Shown here: piece after piece, positions 12,401 through 27,400 of the stretch
Layout: each line of letters begins with the position of its first letter
Numbering within the stretch: position 1 is the stretch's first letter
Origin: Phoronis australis
Lineage: Eukaryota > Animalia > Phoronida
Direction of reading: 5' to 3'
DNA length: 64,000 nucleotides
Assembly: GCA_002633005.1 (NCBI GenBank)
Contig: NMRA01000261.1
Span: 372,001-436,000, forward strand
The notes under the pieces: model-generated
Database searches by the model: none
Told to the model about the DNA's origin: nothing
What the model saw: the letters and a program-made list of their open reading frames with translations, nothing else
Program-made: the position numbers and the translations under genes

Positions 12401-15400
12401 CTATTGACGAACTTAGTAGCATTTGAGGCATAAGGAAAGAAAGTCTAAACTGCAACTAGAGAAGCCACTGACAGTAGTCCAATTTGTCCCAAAATCAATG
12501 TTAACCGTGCTCTTCAACAGAATATTAAAAGAAATTTTACAGAAGTCTATCCAGTAGGAACTTGGTATAGGTAAAATTTGCCACTAGGTGCCACTACTGA
12601 AGTCAGACGTGCACAAAAATCTTTATAATAGAAAATTATTTGCCAGATTTCATAGAAAAACATGCAACACTGCTCAGAAGATGCACAGGCAAACGTAAAA
12701 ACTAAAATTGCCCCTTAAGGAGGCAATATGGCTTAGTTTGATAAGTGTCTGCTTCCTTTGCTCAAGGTGATCAGTGCAATGGGCCCATATCATATGCCCG
12801 GCCTACGCATGTTTTGTACAAGGACAGAAGTCAAAGCCGTCCAAAAGTTGTGGAAAGCCATTGTGATGTTGATAGGATAACACATGCAAAATTTCACTAC
12901 GATCCTATACAGGATTAAGATACTGCCGTTTGATACAAATAAGACAAAATCACCACAAAGGCTCAACAGTTGTCGAACCTGTCCAAAAACCAACATCTGC
13001 AGCTATGGTCTTTTCATCAGAAATACATCTGTTTTTAAAATGATCATTCTAGCAGTTTGATGCAAAGCTAAGGCAGACGCCAAAAAACATGAACTCAAAA
13101 ATAATAAAAATGGACATTAGATAGTGGTGCAGAATATGTCATCGTCTCCATGAAAGAAACATATAATTTGCCAAATGTCATGAAAAACCCACCAAAGGAA
13201 CACTGATAATACAGTGGCAAACGTAAACAAAATAAAATTGCCACTAGGGGGTCAAACCAGAAGTTGTATCTGTCCGAAACTCATCCATCGTAATCTGGGT
13301 GGACAGGTTCACAGAGACACACCTGCCAAATCTCATTATGATTCTGCATGGGGCCAGGCCTATGAGATATTGCAGCAAACCCCAGATCCCAAACAGAGAC
13401 GACGAAAATATGCACGCACATAAATAACTGTATGTGGGCACTGAGGTGATACAGGATGCACTGAATCTATCTGAAAATGGGAATGAGCTATCGCCTTCAT
13501 AGAAACGTATTTCCCAAATTTAATAAAATCCCCTTATAGAGCTTTGAAGATATTGAGGAAGATGTCAACAAATAAAATTGCCATTCGAATGTCGTCATTT
13601 AGTGTCAGCTCCATAGGAACACATAAAATGGCAAATTTCACAAAGACCCTGCAAAGGGTTTATGAGATACAGCAATAAATTTGAACACCTGGGCAGAGCT
13701 GATGGTAATATGCACCCATATGATTGTGTATTTATGAGGGTGGATACAGTAATTCAGATAATTTACAGGTGGAGTTCTGTATGATTTCAGAAGAAAACGT
13801 CTTCTGCTGCTTCAGACAATATAACTTTACAGCAAGATCTTGTAAGCCGCCAATTCACAGATAACTGCAACCGAATGACATGGGCAAGCGGACGTGAAGA
13901 TGTCCACTACAACAACTTGAAGTGGTTGTACGGTCTGTTCATAGCTGGCAGAGGTCAGTACTGCCGTCATGGGGGACATCTCCTATACATCCACTGGTCA
14001 GCAGTACTTACATTTGTTCCAAGATCAGAGGCACCTGCCACGACATGATTCCTCGCTGTTGTTTGACAACAAACAACACTGGGTACTCGCGTTGAGCTTC
14101 GCTACATGTAACATTGATAAGGACAGCCCTCGTCTGAAAGTAATCACACACAGATAGAATTAAAATATGTTTTGTTAAACATCTAACAAGAATGATGTAT
14201 TATACAAGGTATTATTATATACAGGTGACAGAATAACATTACTAATGACCTGGTTTAACCTACTGAGCAACTGTCCCATCTAAGTCAAAAGTAAAACATA
14301 GAGTTAACATCAATATATTGGCTTGAGGCACCCTGAAAGTTTCAAACTGACTTAACTCCAGTCTGAACAGAGTGTTGACGTAAACTGCGAAGTTAACTGA
14401 ACTGTTCATACCAGGTTTAGTAGCTAATGGACATCGAAGTAAACGGTAGCTGACGCTGCTGTCATCGAAGTAATCACAAGGTAGCGCTGATGCATCCCGT
14501 GCACGCTAAGATATTTTTAATGTGACAATTTGGGAGCGTTTACATGTGCTTATTGTCATAAAACTTATTTCTAATTTGATTGCCAATTATTCAAGCAAAA
14601 TGTAAGCAACTATTAGCGATGACACTGCCCTTTAATTGTAGACGATAATAGTGGCCCCTTGTGATAACTTCAATGATACCGAAGTTGACTGTTGAAATTG
14701 CACCGCAGTGTCGAAGCTCTGCTGTTAAATCCAACTGTTTACTGAGAAGTTAACTTCAATTCAGGACTGAAGTTAATTCTTCATACTGACCACAACTCCC
14801 AAAACATCGACACACTGATGTTATTCCATCAGCTGGAGTGCAACTTAAAGATTGTAGGTACGATAATTCACCATTTATTTCTCACCAAAAATGATTACCA
14901 AATGGTCACTATCCAAAGATTCATTATCTTCAGTTGTAAACAATAGAAACTTAACCAACTGTTGATTTACGATATGTACATAACAAATCATGCTGAAAAC
15001 TAAAATGCTACTTAACTCTTTGAGACAAATTTTGTTGACCACGACCGTCTTTTTGTTTTTAATGGTCTTCATCATCACTCTTTATCGATCTTCCTGGAAG
15101 TTGTCTCACAGGAGAAAAAGTAGCGGACAACGGTACTTTAGAAAATTAATCCTTAATATGCGATTTGAATATGAAGCCTGTAATATTGACTTCTTGCGCT
15201 TTTCCTCACTGACATGAGCCTGGCTCATCAGTTACATCAACTTCGGAAGCCTGAGGCAAAATCATCAAGAGGTTTATCTACTTAAAAGGCCATTAAAAAC
15301 AAACAGAATGTGGTGTTCAACAAAACTTTTCTCAAGGAAAATTGCTGGTGGGATACTCTAATCTTAATTCTTGTGGAGGAATTTGACAAAAAAGAATTTT

Positions 15401-18400
15401 ACTTGCTGGCCTTATTGTGTGCTAAATAAGTGAAAAATTACTGTTGTAATACAGTTTGTCAAATTTTTCACAAAAATTTTTTTTGAAGGAACAGCTAGTA
15501 TCATCATTCATAAATTGTTTATGAATTTAACTTTCTTATGTCAGGAACAACTAATGAATTCCTCTAGAAGATGGGGCACTCAACTCCCCAGGGACAATAG
15601 GGCTGCAATGGGACACAAATTACCCACTGATTGAATAGAGGTAGTCACTATTCATAGACTTACTAAGGTTGATCAGATTGAAACATTTTATGAATGGTTA
15701 GCCTGTGATTTGAAGAGAGCCAAAGTGAAACTGATGGGTCTTTTAGAGTCTGAATGGTGGGCTGACATTTTGTTAAACCCAAGCTTTCCGTATCATTTTG
15801 CTTCTCAATGACAAACACCTCTGTGAGTAAATTAGTTATCAGCTTCAACGCATTTCAATGGCAAAAATAGCTGTTGTTTACTAGTAAATTAATAGAGAGA
15901 CAGAGAAGGTTGGGTAGATTTTCTTGTTGTATTGATGCATGTGTTGCCTATTTTGTACGTTTTTGGAGATTGTGATTAATTTAAGCCCCAGTTGTGGCTA
16001 AGTAACAAATATGATCTTGTGGTCTAGCTTCAGCTTACCTGAAATATTTACTGTCATTGATAATATGAACAGTGGGTATAGAAAATAAAAATTTTAGTTT
16101 TATCATCCAAGTCTTTTTAATTCAGTTTTGTAGGAAGTTGTGGGGCTAGTGAATATTTTGATTGCTGTTCAGTACCTCTTAACTTTTTTGTCATGACATG
16201 TTGAACTTTGACTAGTTATGCGTGGTGATATACTCAATGTGGGGTGTGGCTCGAATTCCTGACGATGTAGACCTTTTGCAAACAAACGAGTGCCCGGGGC
16301 GGATTAAAAAAAAAAAGGGATCACCACTGTGAATTGCGCGTTTGCATTTCTTTAGTGGACTTTTGTCTCATTTTCTCGGAATTTTTGTCTCTCGGGGACG
16401 GACCTTTTTGACCACTTCGCCAAATTGGAGCTCGTTTGAGCCCCCTGGGTGCGCGCGTGGGAGAGTGAGATCGAGTTTACCCTATGCTGGCATGTCAAAG
16501 AAATAATGGAATGTTCTAAAATTATATTACGATTTTGTGGTAGTGATGAATTGCTTTCTTTTTCTTACATGTGTAACACCCACTACACCAAGCAAATGTT
16601 CGCATTGCTAGTATCCTGGTGCATTGAATAGAGAACACTGGCATGCAAAATGCAGTGTTGGGTGGAGGTGAAACCAGCAGTGAGCTGGGAGCAACATGTT
16701 TGTCAATGGTCAGGGGAGCAACCAAAATTTGTGACGATGGGAGGGGCTCAACACCCATGTGACATACCCCATTGGTTTACCTGTTTAGCACTCCTCCCAT
16801 GTAACCTCCCTGGGAGGGGGTCAACACCCATTTGGCGCCCACCTGGTTTATGCCTTGTACCCCCTTAGCTGTCACCTGGGAGAATTACCCTCTGAACCTT
16901 CAGGAGCAATCATTCAAATTTTGCAGTCCGTGGAGGTATGAACTGTTATAAGGAAAGACAATTTGCCTTGTTAAGAACTCAAACATGAAACACTGAAAAC
17001 TGTGATAGATTTTGAAGGGAGCTTCAAGAGAATAAAAACAAATACACTTTAATATTGATTAAAATACACATTTTCTTTCTCATTCGATTATAAGTGGATG
17101 TTAGTTTACGTATTCTATCCATTTTCAATAACACAGTAATTTTATTGCACGTTGAACGTCATTAAAGTATGAATTCATCAGTGTTTACATTGTTCGGACT
17201 GCGCTCCTAAGTAAGTGTTGATTATTCACCGCTTAGAGCGCTAGTGTTTCGATCGGTAACCATTGCGGCGAATGGTAAAATGGCGGAGTGAACTCTCCTA
17301 TACTCGTACACTCCTTGGTTATAGTATGCAGTAGTTGTGTTTACATTTCAGCTTCCCATTTGATTTACAGTTAAGCTGTCTGCGACTGAGCATTCGTTAT
17401 TTCAACTGTTGCATTTTTCTATTAAATTTTGAAATTTAATCATAAGTTAGCGTATGTCGACCACAACAGTATACTTTTAGTCAAAATCAACTCATATTTA
17501 CAAAAGATACGCCCACTTATACGTAATAGTTCCATTGAAGAACAGCACTGTCTGTGGCCTGGCACATATGGTTGGTCAGTCACCGTGGTACAGATGGTCA
17601 GTCAGTCACCCTGAATCAAGTTAGCACTGAGTTGTGTAAATAAACTGAGCACTAGTTCTTATCCATTTCAAAACAAAATATCAACATCAGTCAAAATATT
17701 ATTTCACAGAATGTTTCTAATGAATCATAAATCCACAGATGTTCTGGCATATTTTTCCAAAACCTACAACACTTTCTAGCTGGCTATTCTTGCCTGATTT
17801 TTATATTTGACAAAAAATGTTTTAATTGGTGTGAAAAAGTTTAGCACTTGATGCAGTAAATAGTATTCTGTGGTTCATTGGCATAGACAGAACTATTAAA
17901 AAAGTTGCGGCCCAAAAACTTTCTGTAGTGTTTCATGTAGGCCCGGGCCATAGGCAACGCTTCACAGCTGCTAACTGGTGACTGATAATCATTGAGTTGA
18001 TAATATATGTCATTATTTTTGCAGACATGTTTCTACAAAAAACAATGACTCAACATTCTGCAATACAAATCAGTTCGCCTCTCGATCAGGCTCCACTCAG
18101 AAGGCTAGGCCACTTCCTGGTTCATGAACTCAGTTTGTGAATTCTCATGACCTTTACTAGGAGCGCCAGCATGCGTGACATCATCCATACAAAAGAGTCT
18201 TGGTCAACATTCATCATTCTACTGCTGGCTTATGTGTTGGGGTAACAAATCTCCAAATGTTAGCCTAACATGATAGATTAACCTACAAGTCACAAGGGCA
18301 CAGCTTGAGGCAAAGCATGGTGTTATCTAATACAGACCTACACAATTCCCCACTTGACTACAAGGATGAAGGAACACTAAGTTAGTGATAAGAATTCATA

Positions 18401-21400
18401 TACCTTTAAACATTTGGAATACAATGCTGCTTGTAGAGAAGCCCCTGGGGAACACAGCTTTACGATCATTGACAGTGATACCAATTGTTATCGCTTGAAA
18501 CCATATGAAGCCATTCACATTCGGTCTTCAGAAGCGCCCTAACTCAATGCACAAGTTTCTCATGAGCCATTGACACTGTTACACTCAATTGTATGCAATC
18601 CTGTTCTGGTATTTTTGGGTGTTTTGGAATTTTCTGTGCATTTTCTGCAGCCATCCTGGCATCCATTTTCAGAATGGTGGATGTTTTACCACCGAAACAT
18701 GACACTACATTTTAGAAAAGTTGTTGTACTTAAACTCAGATAGATTGTTTTATATATCTGAGATTCAAACTTTAGTACAGACTAAATTTTCAATGGTTTG
18801 CAGCTGTGTGTCATCAGGTTTATCTCCCAAATCTCATTAAAATTATGTAAAGGGTTCAGTAAATAAAGCAGCAGGCCCTAGACACTCAGACAGAGCACAC
18901 ATTGTTAGGTATACATGCCAGAAAGAAAATGAAATTTCATACAGCACTTCACTTGATGTGCTTCAACAGTGGCTTAAGGTCACTAAATTTGACTGTCATC
19001 TGAAGATACCCTATCTAAACCCCATTGCAAAACAAGAACAAAATGTATAGCTTTAGCTACTTAAGATACAGTGCAAAAAATCTGAGTACACTCTATAAAT
19101 TTCAATATTATCAAATTGAACAGTGCCATTTTGAAAACTATTATTAGCCAAAGTCTTTGCTTTTGCCAGTATCTCGGCCATTCTACCTAGAATATGCCAA
19201 TGGCACCTTAATATTAGCAAAGCGGCAAAGTGTGATCCTAGACTCGCATAGCTTTTCCTTCTTCAGATAGTGTGCCAACACCATCTTCCCATTGAAGGCA
19301 TCTGTTGATGTGCCTTGGTGCAAAATATGAACAAAATCTATGAAGCTCACTCCTTGAGATCAACATTTTCCCAAGTCAACATTTTATGTTTTTGCTGTGA
19401 CTTTGAAAATGAGATCAAGGCCACGACCTACATGCCAAAGGAAGAGCATGACAATAACCAGGGCTTGGAATTTTCCGCGGAAACGCGGATTTCCGCTTTT
19501 TTCAAATGTGCTTTCCGCTTTTTTCAAATGTGCTTTCCGCTTTTTTTATATTATTTCCGCGGAAAAAAATCGGATTTGATATAAAATTTCCGCGGCAAAT
19601 TCCTTTCTTACCGCGGCATTGCAGACGACGTTCACCTCGAAAAGCGGAAGTTGCTCTTTATGTTTCGGAGGAACGTAAATTGTCAACACTGCCGGGGCAT
19701 CTGAGACAGCATGGTGGGATTTTCAATGGCGTCTCGTGTTATTGTAAAGCGCGGCGACAAATACTACCGTTCTGCAGCCAAAAGTGTGTGGGTTGGGAGT
19801 GGACAGGCGACCTAAAAAAGGACGCAGATGCATGCTATTGATGGTGGTAACATTTTTTTTTTTTTTAGTCCTCCCGATTTTTGTGGGGAAAAGGTTCACA
19901 TTGATCATTTCAAGGCTGGTTATCGGGCATGATTTGGGCCGTAAAAGTTTCTGCGTTTTTTGTCATTGGCCATTCCAAGCCCTGAATAACGGACTCTGCG
20001 CGTGCGTATTACTGAAATTATTATGGAAAGTTACTGACAGCAACCCATTTACCAATATGAAAAGGAATTCTTTAAAATTGTAGGAGAAATTACACATTAA
20101 TTTTTTGATGACCTTTCCACTAATTGACCTCTTCCGGTGCATTATGAGCCCCGATGAGGGAGCAATTGTTAACTCGATTAAAAGTTTGGTTAATGCTAAT
20201 AATCACAGATGTTTTACTTTAAGCATTTCAGAATACAAGATAAATGAAGTGGTCAAACTTTCAGAAGAAAAATGCACCTAATGACCCCATGGGTGCACCA
20301 AATGACCTCAAAATTTAGAATTCAAACTCAATCGCACTTAGTAAACAGATACCTAATTCTAAAGTCTCTAGCTCAAAATTCTAGTTTGCACTCAATGACC
20401 TTTGACCTATTTTTTCTGATTGGTTAAGCCTATTGCGAAGTAAAATAAGGTATTCACGTGGCATGTTGACTTACACCAGTGTGCTGAAATTGAAAAGAAT
20501 TCCTTGAAAAATGTAAGAGATATAACATTTTGAACGTTACATGACCTTTGCGCTAATTGACCTTATCCGGTGCATTTTAAGCATCTTTAGGAGGATGATT
20601 GCAAAGCCAATGGAAAATGTGTTTAATGCTGAGAATCACAGTTGTCTAATGTTCGACACATCAGAATACTTGCTGATTGAAAAGGTCAAATTTTCAGAAG
20701 AAAAATGCACCTAATGACCCCATGTTTGCACTGAATGACCTGAAACTTTGGATTCCGATTTGATTTACCTGTGGCAGTCAGACTTGTGAATTTGAAGTAT
20801 CTAGGTCAAAATTTTAGTTTGCACCTAATGACCTTTGACCTATTTCACCTGATTGGATGACCCGATTACTTAGAAAAGTAATTTTTTAAATTGTCATGTT
20901 GACATATACCTGTGCATCGAATTTGAAAAAGATAGTTTTTAAAACTGAAGGAGGAGTAGCATCATTTTGAAAATTATATGACCTTTGCACCAAGCGACCT
21001 CTTCCGGTGCAATATGGAATATGATTATATAACCAATCAAAATTTATATACTGTCAAAAGTCATATGCTGAATTTAAAGACCGTACCTGCACCCAATTTG
21101 GAGTTATTAAGCATCAAAGTTGGTCGGAAGAAGAATAAGAATAAGAAGAATAAGTATAAGAATAAAATTGAAGGAAACCCAGGAACAACAGTACTCTGCG
21201 CTTACACGCGCAGAGTAAAAACCCCACTCCATTTACATTTTATGCAAACAAAATTTTCTCAACTCAACACTTGATGCTTTTGCTGTGACTTTGAAAATAA
21301 GATCAAGGCTACAACCTTTGCAAAAAGATGAACAAAATCTAAAGCTTCCTCATTTCCTTTCCATTCGACCATCTGGTCGGTCATGAATACTAAACACTCA

Positions 21401-24400
21401 ACTGTGCACTAACGAACTGAGGGGGACAAAAACGAAAACTTCAACTGAAATTTTACTGCCAGTAGTTTGGAACAAGATGTTATTTCAGGCCACATGAAGT
21501 TTTCAATAATTTAATGCTAAAAACACCTCCATAATGGACCTACACAAACTCTAAAAATGTAAAGAACTTTACCCAGTAAAGGACAAAAAAGTTAAGTTTG
21601 GCAATATTAAAATAACCCGTGAGACCAATATCTAGGCAGTAGTCAGATGTAACATGTCAACATTTTGATAACCAGTTTTCTCCACTGAATAATGGGCATC
21701 AACTGGTTCTCAAAATGTGAGCAAGTTGTTCCAAATATATTGCCCATAATATCTGTGTTACCGCCAAAACTCCTTTATAATATTCCAAGCACAATAACAG
21801 CAGATATTTCAGCAAAAATTGATTTCATGGCAGTGACTATTACATAACTCTAAATGAACAGTTGATGGTGAAATGAATAAATGAGAATGTGAAGTCACAA
21901 ACTTTCAACTGAAACAATGGAATTAAAGGTGCATTTGCATGCTCCTAACTATGTAAATGTATAGCAGTAACTAAACGATAATACTATTTAAAATCATGTA
22001 CGCTAAACAAAGTGCAGTTGTATTCATTAACATTGAAAACAAAAAATTCTACAAATACGTGACCTTTGCACGAATGACGTACCTTGAGGGCTCACATAGC
22101 CCGCATCATGCAGCACGTGTTATTCCCCAACACCACGTCACGATACTTAATGGACACGGTTGAGTGACTAACGGCGCATAATTTTCGACACAAAACTCGT
22201 TCTTAAAACCTGCCTTAGCAATTTTCAACATACTTCATATTCACATCGTCGCTATATGTTGTATTTCCAACCAATTTGACCAAGCAATTATAGAGATAAG
22301 GAATTAGCGTTAAGGTTCCACTTTAAGGCTGCATTTCACCAATGTTGAATTCTTAACCAAAGGGCCAACCCCTATAAACTCCTTTTCTTCAGAAAGTGGT
22401 GGTTTTGACGTTCCTGTTAGTAACAAAAACACAAGAGCAATGTGAAGCGTTGAAATGCGCCCACGAATGCATCGCAAATGGTGTGCTTTTAGGGTTATTT
22501 ATTTGTATCATAAAATGGAGACTAGATGGCACAAAAACATACAATCCATCCAAAAACAGGAACATGCCATATTTCTTAAAAATCTATCGAATGGTTTAGG
22601 AGATACAGCCATAGGCACAAAAAAAAACTGCCACTAGGAGGCGCCACAGCAATAAAATTCGTCGGAAAATCATCACCAATCGTCCTCTTCATAGTAAGAA
22701 CATACATGACAATTTTCACAATCATCCTTTGAGCGGTTTGGTTTACAGAGGGGTGGACGCAAAAAACAGACTCAAGAACAGTAAAAACAGCCACTAGGTG
22801 GTGCAAACTAAGTCGAATCCATCCGAAAACAGGAGGATAGCGTCATCTCACTAATAGGTGTCTACATACCAAATTTCATGAAAATCCATTAAGGACTTTT
22901 GAAGACACAAAGGTAAGCGTAAAAAAATAAAATTGCCAGGAGGGGGCACACCGGTAGTTGGATCCGTCTGAAAGTTCGCTCATGCCGTCCCATTCACGAA
23001 TGAAACATATGTGCAAAATTTCATGAACATATGTCAAAGGGTTTTGGAGATAGAGCAGCGGACGCCGGACGTACGCCGGACAAAGATGATGGCATAATGC
23101 GTCCACATATAAATATGTGGCCGCATAAAAATCTTATCATCACAGTAAAGAATATTTTGAGACTGATTTTATGAGAATAAAAGGCATTAAACTTAATGTG
23201 TTTACATTTTTAGCAAGCTGAACTTGACATGCAAACTGCGTTATGAAGAGTAACCTGACTAACAAATCTCTACATTAAGCAAAACATCTACAGAACATAG
23301 AATTAAATTCAACATTTATTTTCTGAAAGTAGACAGCATGAGAATTAAATTTCATACTTCAAAACAATCCGCGATTGATGAGGTTACCACGTGCAGTTTT
23401 CATGCTGACTGTGAACAATTTATCCACTTTATTCACGGACAAGGTAAGTTACAAAAAAGTTTAAACTGGGTTTTAATTATTAGTAATTGTGATGTTTCGA
23501 CTAGTAAGTAGTTTTATTATTAATAATATTTGAAATGCATGAGAATTCAACCATGTCAAACATCTGTGAGGTTCAATACTTATTCAACTCTAATAGATAT
23601 CAGATGATATTTGCAGCACACCACAGTGATATGGGAATACCAGGCACTCAATGATTTACTAACACAGTTTTATGCTTCTGGATACCCAGAGCTATCATTT
23701 GATGTAAGACAAGTCCATTTACTAAATGTTTGTTAAAATTTCTGGTGTTTATCCATTATCATTCATTTGAGAAGTCTGTTCTTATGTGGAACCAACAAAT
23801 ATATTAGCATTGCACCCAGGGAAATTAAAGACGAAATTTTTGTTTGGACTAACCCCTAGGCACCTATCAAATTTCGATAAGGGAGGACTTCAAATGCTCA
23901 CATGAATAAGAAAACAATAGCAAGCAGAAAAAATACACTCTAAGTTCATGATGATCTTTACAATCTGATCAGAAGACTAAGCACTGAGTACAAGAAAATG
24001 TGAAAGGACCTTTAGTTCATGAACATGTTTCACTGGTTTTTACTTAAGACAGTACACTCACACTCCCAGTTATATGACACTATCTGCAATGGGTGCGACA
24101 TCAGAGCGAGTAAACTTGTGAGCTCACAACACCAAACTTTTTAATGAGGAAATGAATGACCTTGGGTGAGAATCTGGCTCAGCGCAGCATCAAGAACAAC
24201 CCACAAAATGATCCTATAGAGAACTGCACAACAATGGGTGAACACCCCAAGTTTAGATCACAAAAAATAACAGCGGCAGTCTTGCAACAGACGTCAAATC
24301 AATTCCTGAATTCTACCGTGGGGCTTAAAGACCTGGAGTTATGCGGAGTTGCGGCATGATCACCTTGACCATTGGAGACTTAGTGGTCAGTTAATTAATT

Positions 24401-27400
24401 TCGGCCATGGTCACCCTCATAGATAGTGGTATCACACTGAGCAAGGGAGAACAATAAAACCAAAATACATAAACAATTCATTCAAAGGCCTTGTTTATGC
24501 GAAATGATGTACATAGATGACCTGGCAAACATTACGAGCATTGAGCCTCAAAAAATCACTAACAGTGATGAGGAAATGCTAACATAAAAAATAGAAATGA
24601 ATTGAACTTTTTGGAAAAGCATACCGAAAAATTCATCACACAAACCATAACTATATTACGTACTAATTAAGCAATGACAGCTCTTATGCTCAACTGTTTT
24701 ATATGTTATGAAAGAAGAAAACGATCCTATCCAAAAGGTCATCTGCCCAGTGGCAGATCTTCATGTTTTGGTCAAAGCTTGGGACTGGCCCCCATAACCA
24801 AGAAAAACTGGGTGGCCCTCCGGTTCTTCCTCTCATCACCTGTTACCCCATCACCTCCTGGTCTAATTCATTTTTACGGTGGAACATGGGTTTATGACCG
24901 CAGTAATACCTCTTGCAGATTACAATTCATCTCAATGTAACCATAAAGGGCATAAATGCTCCGCTGCTTCTAACGTCAAAATAAAGAATGAAGTGATGAA
25001 ACAGCTCAACAGTATTCGAAATAAGGTAATATCTACCACTTACAGACAAAAACCATTGTCAACAAGAGCTGAGTGCTGGGGAGTTGACATGCGCACACGG
25101 TGCAATACATACACTATGTTTCTAAGGGCCACTATGACGTGTTGTAGTAGTCGAATCTGCCCGAAAACCAAATGGTGCCGGCGCATTATAATCATATACT
25201 GATGAGTAAAGTTTCATTGAAATCTGTCATCAATCAGCTCCCAAGATATAATTGGGAAGCGCTGAGGTCCCAAACAACACAATAAAAACTCCTTGTCACA
25301 ATGCTCTACTAGACAAATCCTTCCCGAAAACGAAGTGCCCAGTGCATTGACTTCACATGTATCTGTGGTATCAAGTTTTGTTGACATTGTAAATCGTGCT
25401 TTTTCATCAAACAACACCTGAAAAGCCCTTGTGGATAACAAAATGGGCACTAGAAGGTGCTATGGAAGTAGAATCTGCCCGAAAATTCAATGGTGCCGGC
25501 GCATATTGATATCACACACCTTTCTTTCAAGTTTCATTAAAATACGTCAATCAATTATCTTGGAATCATCCAGAGAGGCCCTACACAAAATGGCAACTAG
25601 GAGGCACTGCATTAGTCTTTATCCTGCCGAAAATAAAATGGTGCCGTCACAATCTCATAGAGTACCTTCGTGTCAAGTTTCAATGTAATCAGCCCATTGG
25701 ATCTCCAGATATCAACTGGAAACACTCTTCTCCACAAAATAATATTTGCAAAGCACCTCAAGAACAAAATGGCCACTAAGAGGTGCTACAGTGATTGAAT
25801 CCACCCGAAAATTCAATTGTGATGGCGCATTGATATCACACCCATTTGTGTCAAGTTTCATTGAAAAATGTCAATCTGCTCTCTAGATATCATCTAGAAA
25901 CGGACTTTACCTAAAAAGACAGAAAAAGCCACGCCCCCAGGGAGCAGGGCAGATTGAAAAGTCGCTTGAGTGGTGCGGTGTTTCATGCAGCGTACGTCCT
26001 GGGCATCCATTTGGACGCCCTAGCACTAATGTGGACACTCTGGCAAGGACGCCCAATGTATCATTTGGACGCCCTGTCAATCAGAATTTCTCCAGTTTGG
26101 ACACCCACATTGTAAAAAAACTAAGACTCCCAGTTAATCAAAGAGAGAAGCTGGCCCCTTCAACTCAGAAAGAAATATACAATGTATTTGAAATGTTGCA
26201 ATGTTCAAACTATTTTCAAAGTATTTGGTAGACCTGTCAATCATTAGCAGGTGTTTGGTTGCCAGAGTGTCTGCTTTCAGTAGACACATGTGCCACTGCA
26301 ATTCTGTACTTTATATAGGGACACGGACCTTGCTCAACTCCAAACTGGTGTTTCAGAGCTGTAGTTTCATCTACTTCATCTTTTTTTGAAAACACCAAAA
26401 GCGAAATAAATGTCATAATTTTAATAATATGATGTGTCGCAAGAATATTCCCATTTAAAATGTTTGAGTTTTCGCCCGTTTCATGCTTTTGTATGTGCGT
26501 CTAAAATGGAGCAGCAGTGACACCTGTTGCCAAAATATAAACCACACATCATCTGTGCATTTTTCTTTTGTTGGTAACTGCAGCTTTGATGACTCATTGT
26601 ACAGAATATAAAGCTAGTGAAGTNAAAATAATATTTGCAAAGCACCTCAAGAACAAAATGGCCACTAGGAGGTGCTACAGTGATTGAATCCAGCCGAAAA
26701 TTCAATTGTGATGGCGCATTGATATCACACCCCTTTGTGTCAAGTTTCATTGAAAAATGTCAATCTGCTCTCTAGATATCATCTAGAAACGGACTTTACC
26801 TAAAAAGACAGAAAAAGCCATGCCCCCAGGGAGCAGGGCAGATTGAAAAGTCGCTTGAACCGTTGAAGTGGTGCCCAACACCTTGTGCCAAACTTCATCA
26901 CAATCTGAACAGGGATTTTTGAGATATCGAGCGGATTCCTGGATAACCAAACAACCGAACAAAGCAACGATATGCAACCACACCTACACGGTATATACTT
27001 AGGCGCATAAAAATGCCCCTTTTTGACTTTTCAAGGTGTTCTACTATTGAGAACGACCACAGTTTTTCAAAGCCTTTGTCTGTTGGTAGCTGTGGTAGAA
27101 AACTTAAACAAAAATTGGAAAAGCCTTTAATTTGGAGCTGCATTGAAAAAATGACCAAATAATAGTTCACAAGTTGGCCACATTGTGCATTAAATTAGTG
27201 ACATTTTACCGAATATACTGCCATTTTACAGGCAATTACTAAAATTTTCAAAGAGCACTGCCATAGACACAACTCACAGCATTACATTATAACTTCACAA
27301 ACCAACGAATAATTTGTGGTGCTAACTTGCCAAAATATATAGCTGCTTGTCATTAAAATATTATTATCTCTACATTTATTTTTTAGTATTTCTTCTCAAA

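Noticed and set aside
25736-26858. ~235-bp near-identical duplication (25736-25969 vs 26625-26858)
   Set aside because: The second copy starts right after a lone N (26624); most likely a contig/haplotype overlap artefact.
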